The translations under genes were made by a program, and so were the position numbers. From sequence record SRR20825010_861: a stretch of DNA of 41,136 nucleotides. One strand, written 5' to 3'. Each line of letters begins with the position of its first letter. Within the stretch, counting starts at the first letter, position 1. The notes beneath the pieces were generated by a model, which was not told the DNA's origin, did no database searches, and was given only the letters and a program-made list of their open reading frames with translations. Positions 1-8,830 of the stretch are shown piece after piece.

Positions 1-1
1 A

Positions 2-2338
2 GAATTTACCCAGCCCATTGAAATGCGCTTTAATGAACTTATTACAGGTGTCCGCGCGGATATTGCCATTAAAATTTTCGGGGAGGACCTGGAAATCTTG
101 AATAAAAAAGGAAATGAAATAAGAAATCTTATTCAGAATGTGGAGGGCGCGGCAGACATAACGGTAGAGAAAATTGCAGGACTTCCGCAAATGAACGTAA
201 AATTCGACAGGGCAAAGATTGCCAGGTATGGTCTTAACATTGCTGATTTAAACAATCTTATTTCCATGGGGTTTGCAGGGACCAATCTAGGGAGTGTTTT
301 TGAGGGAGAAAAGCGATTTGACCTAACACTAAGACTGGATCAAAAAAGTAGACAGGACATTTCCAATCTTAAGAATTTATATGTGGACACTCCGTCGGCC
401 GGTAAGATCCCTTTAGGGGAGTTGGCCCAAATCTCCTATACGACCGGAGCGGCCAAAATCTCTAGGGACGATACCAAACGCAGGATCGTAGTGGGTATCA
501 ATGTAAGGAATAGGGACCTTCAGTCGGTGGTAGATGACATTCAAAAGCTGATCGAAACAAATGTAAAGCTACCTACAGGCTACACCATCACTTACGGGGG
601 GCAGTTCGAAAATTTACAAAGTGCCAAAGACCGACTGAAAATTGCAGTGCCAGTGGCGTTGATACTTATTCTGATATTACTCTATTTTGCATTTAGCTCA
701 ATAAGGGAGGCACTGATTATTTACTCGGCCATTCCTTTGGCGGCCGTTGGAGGAATACTTCTTTTGTTTGTTAGGGATATGCCATTTAGTATCTCTGCGG
801 GTGTTGGTTTCATAGCCCTTTTCGGGATTGCCGTACTCAATGGAATTGTATTGATAGAACATTTTAAAGAATTAAAACACGCAGGTATGGAAGATTCTGA
901 TGAACTTATTATACAGGGATCAAAAGATAGGTTAAGAGCCGTTTTGTTGACGGCATCCGCTGCCGCACTGGGATTCCTTCCTATGGCTATTTCCACTAAC
1001 GTAGGAGCAGAAGTGCAGAGACCACTTGCCACAGTGGTTATTGGAGGGCTTATTACCGCCACTATATTAACATTGGTGGTATTGCCCATACTCTACTCTA
1101 TTTTTCATTTAAAAGATAAAAAGGAGACGGTCAATTCCAAGAAGAATTTAAAAGTCCTAAGTTTGGTAATACTTTTCTTAGTTGGTATCAGTGGTGTTCA
1201 GGCACAGGAGGAGGGACTCAATTTTGATGAAATACACACCTTGGCCTTAAGTAACAACTCTGGCCTAAGGGCATCGAAACTTAAGGTGGATGAATCCAAA
1301 GCGCTTATAGGCAGTGCCTTCAGTTTTGATAAGACAGACCTATACTATCATTACGATCAAAACAATATCGCCATCAACAATAAGCCTTTGGAGGTCTTTG
1401 GTGTACAGCAGAACTTTCTTTTTCCAACCGTTTATTTTGCAGAAAAAGGTGTCAATAAGGCCAATTATCTTACAGAAAGTAGTGCTCATGAACGGAAAAA
1501 GCGAATTCTGGAACAGGAGCTGGCTTCCAATTATCATGGATTGCAATACGCAAGGCACAAGGAAAAGACCTATAGCGAACTAAATGATCTGTACGAACGC
1601 TTTTCCTACTCCGCCCAACGCAGGTTTGAACTTGGCGAAAGCAACTATTTAGAAAAAATAACAGCACAGGCCAAACAAAAGGAACTTCAGACACTTTACA
1701 AAAAAGCAATTGAAGATTCCAATTTGGCGTATCAGGAACTCATTAAAACGGTACAACCAGATTCTATACTGTTGGTGAGGACAATACCTATGGAAAAACT
1801 TCAGATAATGGATGTGAATCTTGAAAATAATGCAGGGATGTCGTTTTTTGAAAATAGAACAAAAATGTTCCAAGCAAAAAGTACTCTAGAGCAGCAATAT
1901 TTATTGCCGGACCTGAATTTTAATTATTTCCAGGGAACCAATTCCACTTTGGGAGAGAACCTTTATGGTTTTCAGGTGGGGGTTAAAATTCCGTTGTTTT
2001 TTAGTGGTAATGCCTCCAAAATTAAGGCAGCCAAAATATCCAAGAAGGTGTCCCTGGCGGAAGCCGAGGATTATACTGTTCAGTTAAGGACCAAATACCA
2101 GTCACTTTTGGGACAATTAAAAAAGTATCAAGAAGTGCTTGCCTATTACGAGACTGAAGGTCAAGTTCTTGCCGATGAAATTATAAAAACGGCGACCTTA
2201 AGCTATCAGAGCGGGGAAATAGACTTTTTTCAATATATACAGAGTATGGAAAATGGGTACAATATTACCCTAACTTATCTGGAGAACCTTAATGCCTATA
2301 ATCAAACGGTCATTGCTATCAATTATTTAAACTTATAA
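2..2338 (+). CDS. czcA: CusA/CzcA-family heavy-metal efflux RND transporter (5' truncated by the window edge) fused to a C-terminal TolC-like outer-membrane efflux domain
   Basis: The frame is open from base 2 (EFTQPIEMRFNEL). HME-RND motifs are present: GGQFENL, FSISAGVGFIALFGIAVLNGIVL, RLRAVLLTA, GAEVQRPLATVVIGGL. The ~375-aa C-terminal extension has TolC-like helical repeats (RRFELGESNYLE, YQSGEIDFFQY). Confidence 0.9.
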   Translation, partial: EFTQPIEMRFNELITGVRADIAIKIFGEDLEILNKKGNEIRNLIQNVEGAADITVEKIAGLPQMNVKFDRAKIARYGLNIADLNNLISMGFAGTNLGSVFEGEKRFDLTLRLDQKSRQDISNLKNLYVDTPSAGKIPLGELAQISYTTGAAKISRDDTKRRIVVGINVRNRDLQSVVDDIQKLIETNVKLPTGYTITYGGQFENLQSAKDRLKIAVPVALILILILLYFAFSSIREALIIYSAIPLAAVGGILLLFVRDMPFSISAGVGFIALFGIAVLNGIVLIEHFKELKHAGMEDSDELIIQGSKDRLRAVLLTASAAALGFLPMAISTNVGAEVQRPLATVVIGGLITATILTLVVLPILYSIFHLKDKKETVNSKKNLKVLSLVILFLVGISGVQAQEEGLNFDEIHTLALSNNSGLRASKLKVDESKALIGSAFSFDKTDLYYHYDQNNIAINNKPLEVFGVQQNFLFPTVYFAEKGVNKANYLTESSAHERKKRILEQELASNYHGLQYARHKEKTYSELNDLYERFSYSAQRRFELGESNYLEKITAQAKQKELQTLYKKAIEDSNLAYQELIKTVQPDSILLVRTIPMEKLQIMDVNLENNAGMSFFENRTKMFQAKSTLEQQYLLPDLNFNYFQGTNSTLGENLYGFQVGVKIPLFFSGNASKIKAAKISKKVSLAEAEDYTVQLRTKYQSLLGQLKKYQEVLAYYETEGQVLADEIIKTATLSYQSGEIDFFQYIQSMENGYNITLTYLENLNAYNQTVIAINYLNL

Positions 2339-2348
2339 AATAAATACT

Positions 2349-3515
2349 ATGTCACGATTACTATATATACTTATTGTAACAGTCCTTTTCCTCAATGTGT
2401 CTGCATGCGGGGATTCCAACGAAAAAAGCAATGTTGCTGCCAATGCTGACCCAAGTGAACAAGCGACAAATACCATTGCCATTTCCAAAGCCCAATTTGA
2501 CGGAGAGGGCATGGAACTTGGGCGTATTAGTCAACAAAACTTCCCTGTAGAGGTAGTGGTTGCTGGGACCATAGATGTTCCTCCCCAAAATAAAGCAATA
2601 GTAAGTGCATTTGCCGGGGGATATATAAAAAGAACTCCCCTTTTGATCGGAAATAAGGTAAAAAAAGGACAGCCCCTACTTACATTGGAAAATCCCGAAT
2701 TCATACAATTGCAACAGGATTATCAAGAAAGCTTTGAACAGCTTAATTTTTTGAAATCCGAATTTGACCGCCAAAAAAGTCTAGTTGCCGAAAACATAAC
2801 TTCACAAAAGAATTTTTTAAAGGCAGAGAGCGAATACAAACGCAATCTTGCCAGATACAACGGGTTACGACAAAAACTAAAAATGTTAAATATTTCTCCG
2901 GATAATGTTGAAAAAGGAATTTTGGCATCTGAGGCAACCATTTTTGCCCCAATAGACGGAAATATAACCAAAGTAAATGTTAGTAAGGGGATGTATGTCT
3001 CCCCTGCCGACGAAATTATGGAAATTATAAATACCGATCACATTCATTTGGAATTGTCCGTCTTTGAAAAGGATATTATGAATATAAAAAAGGATCAAAA
3101 AATACGTTTTAAAATATCCGAAGCTTCAGCGGAATATTACGAGGCCGAGGTATATTTGGTAGGGACCTCCATTGATGCGGACAGTAGAACGGTAAAGGTC
3201 CACGGTCATTTACACGATGATGAAAACCACAATTTTGCAGTAGGTATGTTTGTTGAGGCTGCTATCATTACTTCTAACAAAAGTATAAACGCCCTGCCCA
3301 TTGAAAGTGTAATTGTCCAGGATAATAACCATTACGTTATAACCTTGGTTTCTGAAGGAAATGAAGGAAGTGTTTTTGAAACAAAGGCGGTTAAAATTGG
3401 TGATAGCTATAATGGATATACGGCCATTGCAGAAATGGGCGATTTAAAGGATAGTGATCAGGTTATAGTTAAAGGAGGGTTTAATTTATTGGGTGAGACA
3501 GGCGGTAGTGATTAG
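2349..3515 (+). CDS. RND periplasmic adaptor (CzcB/CusB-like membrane fusion lipoprotein)
   Basis: Lipobox VSAC, lipoyl-like GNKVKKGQPL, coiled-coil hairpin, APIDG motif and His-rich HGHLHDDENH. Starts 10 nt after czcA. Confidence 0.88.
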   Translation: MSRLLYILIVTVLFLNVSACGDSNEKSNVAANADPSEQATNTIAISKAQFDGEGMELGRISQQNFPVEVVVAGTIDVPPQNKAIVSAFAGGYIKRTPLLIGNKVKKGQPLLTLENPEFIQLQQDYQESFEQLNFLKSEFDRQKSLVAENITSQKNFLKAESEYKRNLARYNGLRQKLKMLNISPDNVEKGILASEATIFAPIDGNITKVNVSKGMYVSPADEIMEIINTDHIHLELSVFEKDIMNIKKDQKIRFKISEASAEYYEAEVYLVGTSIDADSRTVKVHGHLHDDENHNFAVGMFVEAAIITSNKSINALPIESVIVQDNNHYVITLVSEGNEGSVFETKAVKIGDSYNGYTAIAEMGDLKDSDQVIVKGGFNLLGETGGSD

Positions 3516-3578
3516 CGAGCAGTAGTTTATCTTTTAAAAGGTAGTGTTATTCATCCCAATTAATATTTTTAACCTAAG

Positions 3579-3640
3579 AATTCCAAACCATGAAAAGGAG
3601 CATGCTTGTTTCCGATTTCATGATTTGGAATTTATTTTTT
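3579..3640. terminator. Long hairpin terminator between the convergent czc and hyp operons
   Basis: AATTCCAAACCATGAAA (3579-3595) pairs with TTTCATGATTTGGAATT (3616-3632), 16/17 matched, followed by TATTTTTT. Confidence 0.65.
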
Positions 3641-3652
3641 GGTTCATAAGAT

Positions 3653-4903
3653 CTAGAATCGTCTATTTGGAGAAAAGCCGTTTATATCCATCGATGTTTT
3701 TTTATCCGATATTATTTCCGAAACCAATTTTCCGGTCACAGGGCCTAGACTCCAACCCATCATGGCGTGTCCGGTTGCAACGGTTAAATTTTTTAGGGAG
3801 CTACTCTTTCCAATATAGGGCAATCCGTCTGGAGATACGGGTCGTAATCCACTTTTGGCATCCAATTTTTCTGCCTCACTTATTTTTATTTCCGGATAAA
3901 ATTCGGTGGTGGCATTTGCGATGGCCTCAACCCGTTGTTTTCTAATAACATCATTGATTCCCGAGAATTCCATGGTGCCTGCAAAACGGGTATATTCTGC
4001 CATTGGCGTTACCGCCACCTTGGCTTCCATCAAAATGGCCGGAATAGTAATCCCAGTGGGTCTGGGAACATTTATCCGATAACCCTTTCCTGCCTGTATG
4101 GGAAGCTTTATTTTCAATTTCTTTGATAAATTATCGCTCCAAGAGCCTGCTGCCAAAACAACTTCTTTTGGGGAATAGTCATTCTTATTGGTAGTTACCT
4201 TTATTATTCGACCATTTTCTGTGGATAAATCTATAACCTCTTCATTAGTCTTAATAATTACCCCGCTCCTCTTTAAATATTCCAGCATTTTTTTCATGAA
4301 CTCCGTAGGAGTGGTATGTCCATCACACTCATAATGAATAGCACCTTTGACGTTCATGGTAACATTTGGCTGAAGTGTATCCAGTTCTTTTTTGTTCAAA
4401 GAGCTAACCTCCAGGCCTAAATAGGAAGCCTTTTTGGCTACTTGCATTTCATGTTCACCTTCCTTATCGGTTTTATAAAGCATTAATAGTCCCTTGCGTT
4501 CCAGTTGAAAATCCCCTAGATCTCCGGAATTCTTTATGGAGGTGAAAAGTTCCCTACTAATTATATTTATTTCCTTGATCAATGGTATGGCCAACTCCAC
4601 TTTTTCTTTAGTGGAGGATTTGTGGAAATACCAAGACCATTTAAAAAAATCGGTATCCCAACGGGGTTGCATATAAAACGGACTGGACGAATTGAACATC
4701 CATTTAATTCCCTTTGAAATCATTCCAGGGGAGGCCAAGGGAATAATATGGCTTGGGGTAATATATCCAGCGTTGACAAAAGAAGCCCCGGAAGTAATAT
4801 CAGATTTGTCCAATACCGTAACCTTATGTCCTTCTTTTTGTAAAAAATAAGCAGAACAGAGTCCGACTATTCCCCCACCTATGATCAATACATCTTTTCC
4901 CAT
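3653..4903 (-). CDS. FAD-dependent D-amino acid dehydrogenase (DadA family); probable cis-4-hydroxy-D-proline dehydrogenase
   Basis: GGGIVG Rossmann motif, GASFVNAG, GLRPVSPDGLP and ATGHAMMGW. Last gene of the hydroxyproline operon. Confidence 0.85.
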   Translation of the reverse strand: MGKDVLIIGGGIVGLCSAYFLQKEGHKVTVLDKSDITSGASFVNAGYITPSHIIPLASPGMISKGIKWMFNSSSPFYMQPRWDTDFFKWSWYFHKSSTKEKVELAIPLIKEINIISRELFTSIKNSGDLGDFQLERKGLLMLYKTDKEGEHEMQVAKKASYLGLEVSSLNKKELDTLQPNVTMNVKGAIHYECDGHTTPTEFMKKMLEYLKRSGVIIKTNEEVIDLSTENGRIIKVTTNKNDYSPKEVVLAAGSWSDNLSKKLKIKLPIQAGKGYRINVPRPTGITIPAILMEAKVAVTPMAEYTRFAGTMEFSGINDVIRKQRVEAIANATTEFYPEIKISEAEKLDAKSGLRPVSPDGLPYIGKSSSLKNLTVATGHAMMGWSLGPVTGKLVSEIISDKKTSMDINGFSPNRRF

Positions 4904-4907
4904 GATC

Positions 4908-5915
4908 TTAAATTACTTGAAAACCGTGTGCATAGGGATCATCATCATCAATAATGATATTGTTATAACCATAAACCTGTGCCCATCCTTTAATACTGGG
5001 AATGATGGCCGTCTTTCCCGCCAAAGTAGTTTCTTCCTCCACTTTTCCAACAAATTGGGATCCGATAAAACTTTCATGGATAAACTCATCCCCTACTTTT
5101 AGCTTGCCCTTGGCGTGCCATTGTGCCATTCGTGCAGAGGTACCGGTACCACAGGGAGATCTGTCTATAGCCTTATCCCCATAAAAAACGGCATTTCTAG
5201 CGGTGGCATCCGGTGATATGGTGTTCCCCGTCCATTCTATATGACTAACACCATTGATGGTTGGGTTCTCTGGATGTATAAACTTGTGGGGGTATTTAAG
5301 ATTTATTTTCTCCCTTATTTCCTGACTGTACTGGACCAATTTGCCAGCGGAGTAATCCTGAATGCCCTTAAAATTTTTTTGGGGATCAATAATAGCATAA
5401 TAGTTGCCCCCATAGGAAACATCAAAAACGAGTTCCCCTAAATCTGAACAACTCACGGTAAGATCGGACGCGGCAAGGTATGATTTAACATTGGTCAACT
5501 TTACCCAATCCACCTTTTTGCCGGTTTGTTGATATTCAATATTTACCAAGCCCGCTGGAGTTTCCATTCTTATTTTCCCTGGCTCTTTTGGAGAAAGTAG
5601 CCCTTCCTCTATCCCTATGGTAATTGCACCTATGGTACCATGTCCGCACATGGGGAGACAACCACTGGTTTCTATAAACAGGATGCCAAAATCGTTGGCC
5701 GGATCGGAAGGCGGGAAAAAAATACTTCCGCTCATCATGTCATGGCCGCGGGGTTCAAACATTAGTCCTTTCCTAATCCAATCGTACTCCTTTAAAAAAT
5801 GTTGGCGTTTTTCGCTCATGTCCGCGCCAAGGAGATTAGGTCCTCCCCCTGCAACTACCCTAACGGGATTACCGCAGGTATGGGCATCCACACAAAAAAA
5901 AGTCTTTCTGGGCAT
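4908..5915 (-). CDS. 4-hydroxyproline 2-epimerase (proline racemase family)
   Basis: DAHTCGNPVR, EPRGH and the catalytic Cys pair in MCGH and DRSPCGTGT. Start placed at ATG 5915 (MPRKTFF), just after the upstream stop. Confidence 0.9.
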   Translation of the reverse strand: MPRKTFFCVDAHTCGNPVRVVAGGGPNLLGADMSEKRQHFLKEYDWIRKGLMFEPRGHDMMSGSIFFPPSDPANDFGILFIETSGCLPMCGHGTIGAITIGIEEGLLSPKEPGKIRMETPAGLVNIEYQQTGKKVDWVKLTNVKSYLAASDLTVSCSDLGELVFDVSYGGNYYAIIDPQKNFKGIQDYSAGKLVQYSQEIREKINLKYPHKFIHPENPTINGVSHIEWTGNTISPDATARNAVFYGDKAIDRSPCGTGTSARMAQWHAKGKLKVGDEFIHESFIGSQFVGKVEEETTLAGKTAIIPSIKGWAQVYGYNNIIIDDDDPYAHGFQVI

Positions 5916-5919
5916 TAGT

Positions 5920-7503
5920 CTAAATCTTCTGTTTGCTGTGCTCACCGTTTACTAGCCTCATAATGTCCAAGGGATTATTATTCTTTAAGGCATCCGGTAA
6001 TATTTCTTCGGGCCAACTTTGGAAAGATACTGGCCTGACCCATCGTCTTATGGCCGAAGTTCCAACGGAGGTGAACCTGCTGTCGGTAGTGGAAGGAAAT
6101 GGGCCGCCATGCATCATTGATGGGCAAACTTCCACTCCGGTGGGGACCCCGTTAAAGATGATACGCCCTACCCTATTTACCAAAGCGCTCACTACCTCTG
6201 GACTCGTTTTTATCTCGGTTTCCGTCCCTAGAATAGTTCCTGTTAACTGTCCTTCCAAATGCTGGATTACGGTAACCAATTCCGCTTTGTCCTGGCATTG
6301 TACAACAATTGAAAACGGACCAAAAACCTCCTTATGTAACACGGGATTGTCCAAAAAGTCTTGCGCAGCAACGGTCAATATTTTTTGTTCACCGAAATTA
6401 GGGGCAGTTTCACCTTTATAAGCAGCCACTTCCGCTGTTTTGGGCTGGGAAGACAATTCCTTTTTACCTTTTTCGTAACCTTCGTAAATGTTGGGGTGTA
6501 ACATGCAAGTAGGCTCCAGTTTTTCTATTTCCTTGCCCAAATTAGTTATAAAACCATCCAGGGCCTGTCCTTTTATACCTATTATAAGTCCTGGATTAGT
6601 ACAAAATTGTCCAGCTCCCAATACAATGGAACCCGCGTATTGCGAAGCCCATTCGGAGCTTTTTTGTTCCAAGGCTGAAGATAGCACCACTACTGGGTTA
6701 ATACTGCCCATCTCGGCAAATACCGGAATCGGCTCTTTTCTTTGCGAGGCCAATTCATAAAGGGCCATACCTCCATTGGTACTCCCTGTAAAACCTACCC
6801 CTTTTACTTTTGGGTGCATGGTCAATAATTGTCCTACCTCAGAATCTCTACTATTTAGGTTGGAGAAAACACCATCCGGCATCCCCGTTTTTTTAGCTGC
6901 TTTTGCAATGGCCGAGGCTACCAACTCTCCGGTGCCGGCATGCATTGGGTGACTTTTTACAATTACAGGGCAGCCAGAAGCCAAGGCACTGGCGGTATCT
7001 CCTCCGGCGGTGGAAAAGGCCAATGGAAAATTGCTGGCGCCAAATACTGCAATGGGGCCAATGGGAAGCAGCATTTTTCTTATGTCTACTTTTGGCAATG
7101 GTTCCCTATCTGGTTGTGCGGTATCTATAGTGGCCTCTACCCAAGAACCTTCCTCCAACAAGGTAGCAAAAGCCCGTAGTTGTCCCATAGTTCTTCCTCG
7201 CTCCCCTTTTGCCCTACCTTCAGGTAATCCGGATTCCTGGACATAAACCGAAATCAATTCATCACCCAAGGCTTCAATTTCACTGGCAATAGCCTTTAAA
7301 AATTCGGCTTTTTTGGCGTCTGGAAATTTGCCATAGGTTTCAAATGCAAGTGCCGCCTTGTCTACAGCGGCATTTACCTCTTCTTGGGAAGCCTCATGGA
7401 AAATCCATTCCGTAGGTTTATTTAATTTTGGATTGAAAGTTGAATATGTTCTACTGTTCCTGGCCGATGTATCTACTCCAATATAGTTTTTCCCTGTAAT
7501 CAT
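5920..7503 (-). CDS. Aldehyde dehydrogenase; probable alpha-ketoglutaric semialdehyde dehydrogenase (NADP+)
   Basis: FGASNFPLAFSTAGGDTASALA, GFTGS, EMGSINP, GQFCTNPG and EVFGP are KGSADH-type signatures. Confidence 0.88.
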   Translation of the reverse strand: MITGKNYIGVDTSARNSRTYSTFNPKLNKPTEWIFHEASQEEVNAAVDKAALAFETYGKFPDAKKAEFLKAIASEIEALGDELISVYVQESGLPEGRAKGERGRTMGQLRAFATLLEEGSWVEATIDTAQPDREPLPKVDIRKMLLPIGPIAVFGASNFPLAFSTAGGDTASALASGCPVIVKSHPMHAGTGELVASAIAKAAKKTGMPDGVFSNLNSRDSEVGQLLTMHPKVKGVGFTGSTNGGMALYELASQRKEPIPVFAEMGSINPVVVLSSALEQKSSEWASQYAGSIVLGAGQFCTNPGLIIGIKGQALDGFITNLGKEIEKLEPTCMLHPNIYEGYEKGKKELSSQPKTAEVAAYKGETAPNFGEQKILTVAAQDFLDNPVLHKEVFGPFSIVVQCQDKAELVTVIQHLEGQLTGTILGTETEIKTSPEVVSALVNRVGRIIFNGVPTGVEVCPSMMHGGPFPSTTDSRFTSVGTSAIRRWVRPVSFQSWPEEILPDALKNNNPLDIMRLVNGEHSKQKI

Positions 7504-7592
7504 TGTGAATCTGTTATAATTATACGCTCAGATGAGCTTGAATTTCCTTGACTAAAGTAACACTTTAGAAAGTTTTTTATGTTATAATTAGG

Positions 7593-8513
7593 TTAAACCA
7601 ATTCTGGTTTATACTCAGGAAGGGTTGGCCTTGTCTTCATCCCTTCTTCAATTATTTTCAATACTCTTATTCTTTCCTCGCCTTGAAGAGGTAGTCTAGG
7701 GGCCCTTACTTGCTCAGTTCCTATGCCTGTAGCTACTTCGGCCAATTTTATATTTTGTACCAACTGAGGGTTGATGTCCAGTTCCAATAATGGTAAAAAC
7801 CATCTGTATATGGCCAATGCTTCCTGAATTTTTCCAGCTTTGGCCAAGCTATATACGGCTACAGTCTCTGCAGGAAAGGCACAGACCAGACCAGCTACCC
7901 AACCGTCCGCACCCATAAGAACGCTTTCCAATCCTAAAGTGTCAACGCCTGTCAACACTTTTAAGCGGTCGCCAAATCTATTTTTGATCCGCGTGATGTT
8001 CGAGATATCGCGGGTAGATTCTTTCACAGCTTGTATGTTGGGCATGGTCAACAATTCTTCGAACATATCCAAAGTCACTTCTATACCGTAATCTACAGGA
8101 TTATTGTATATCATTATAGGTAAATCCGTGCTCTTGGCTACCTCCTTAAAGTAGGTTACCGTTTCAAAGTCATTAGCCTTGTATCGCATAGGGGGAAGCA
8201 TCATTAGGCCACTGGCCCCATATTTTTTAGCTTTTGAAGCTGCTTCAATGGCACCTTTGGTGGTTTGTTCGGCTATGTTTATGATTACAGGTATGTTACC
8301 GTCAACAATTCTCACAGTCTCCTGAATCAATATCTTCTTCTCATCATCTGTTAGGGTGCTGGCTTCTCCTAGGGTACCGCCCAAGATAATTGCACTGACC
8401 CCAGCTTTCAGCTGTGCCTGTATATTGATTTCGAACATTACGAGGTCCAAGGTGTCCTCTTTCGTAAATTTGGTGGTAACTGCTGGCATTACGCCTTCCC
8501 ATTTTATTTGCAT
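7593..8513 (-). CDS. DHDPS/NAL-family protein; probable delta1-pyrroline-4-hydroxy-2-carboxylate deaminase
   Basis: GTLGEAS, IYNNP, Schiff-base Lys in AVKES, and GWVAGL. First gene of the hydroxyproline operon. Confidence 0.82.
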   Translation of the reverse strand: MQIKWEGVMPAVTTKFTKEDTLDLVMFEINIQAQLKAGVSAIILGGTLGEASTLTDDEKKILIQETVRIVDGNIPVIINIAEQTTKGAIEAASKAKKYGASGLMMLPPMRYKANDFETVTYFKEVAKSTDLPIMIYNNPVDYGIEVTLDMFEELLTMPNIQAVKESTRDISNITRIKNRFGDRLKVLTGVDTLGLESVLMGADGWVAGLVCAFPAETVAVYSLAKAGKIQEALAIYRWFLPLLELDINPQLVQNIKLAEVATGIGTEQVRAPRLPLQGEERIRVLKIIEEGMKTRPTLPEYKPELV

Positions 8514-8537
8514 GACAAAGATTTTTATAATGATTTA

Positions 8538-8545
8538 CAAATTTA
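8538..8545 (-). promoter_or_regulatory. Bacteroidota -7 promoter box for the hyp operon
   Basis: TAAATTTG on the - strand matches TAnnTTTG, 24 nt upstream of the ATG. Confidence 0.55.
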
Positions 8546-8792
8546 ATACAACCACAAACCCTAAAATAGAGAAATATTAGCCGAATTTGAGAGAATATTA
8601 ACTTATTGGGTCTTCAGTTGGGGGAAACAGCTTAATAAACAATGTAGGTTTTACATCATCCAAAACAAATGGAAAGCTTATGGTCTTGATCACAGTTCCA
8701 GATTTTTGGTATAAGTACCGCTTATGGAACACCTACATTAAGAGTCCAAACAGTTTTATAAAAATAGTAAGATTCTTTCTTTAAGATTTCCC

Positions 8793-8800
8793 TATTTTTG
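8793..8800 (+). promoter_or_regulatory. -7 promoter box for the M28 peptidase
   Basis: TATTTTTG lies 30 nt upstream of the ATG. Confidence 0.5.
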
Positions 8801-8830
8801 GAAAATTCTGAATTAATTAAAAATAGCTGA

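Noticed and set aside
3544-3945. 133-aa + strand ORF
   Set aside because: It has a GTG start, runs through a terminator hairpin and overlaps the dehydrogenase in antisense.
5933-7246. Several + strand ORFs of 75-162 aa
   Set aside because: All are antisense to the aldehyde dehydrogenase and have no motifs or expression signals.
7593-8513. Calling this gene dapA
   Set aside because: It has GTLGE rather than GTTGE, and the hydroxyproline operon context points to the deaminase.
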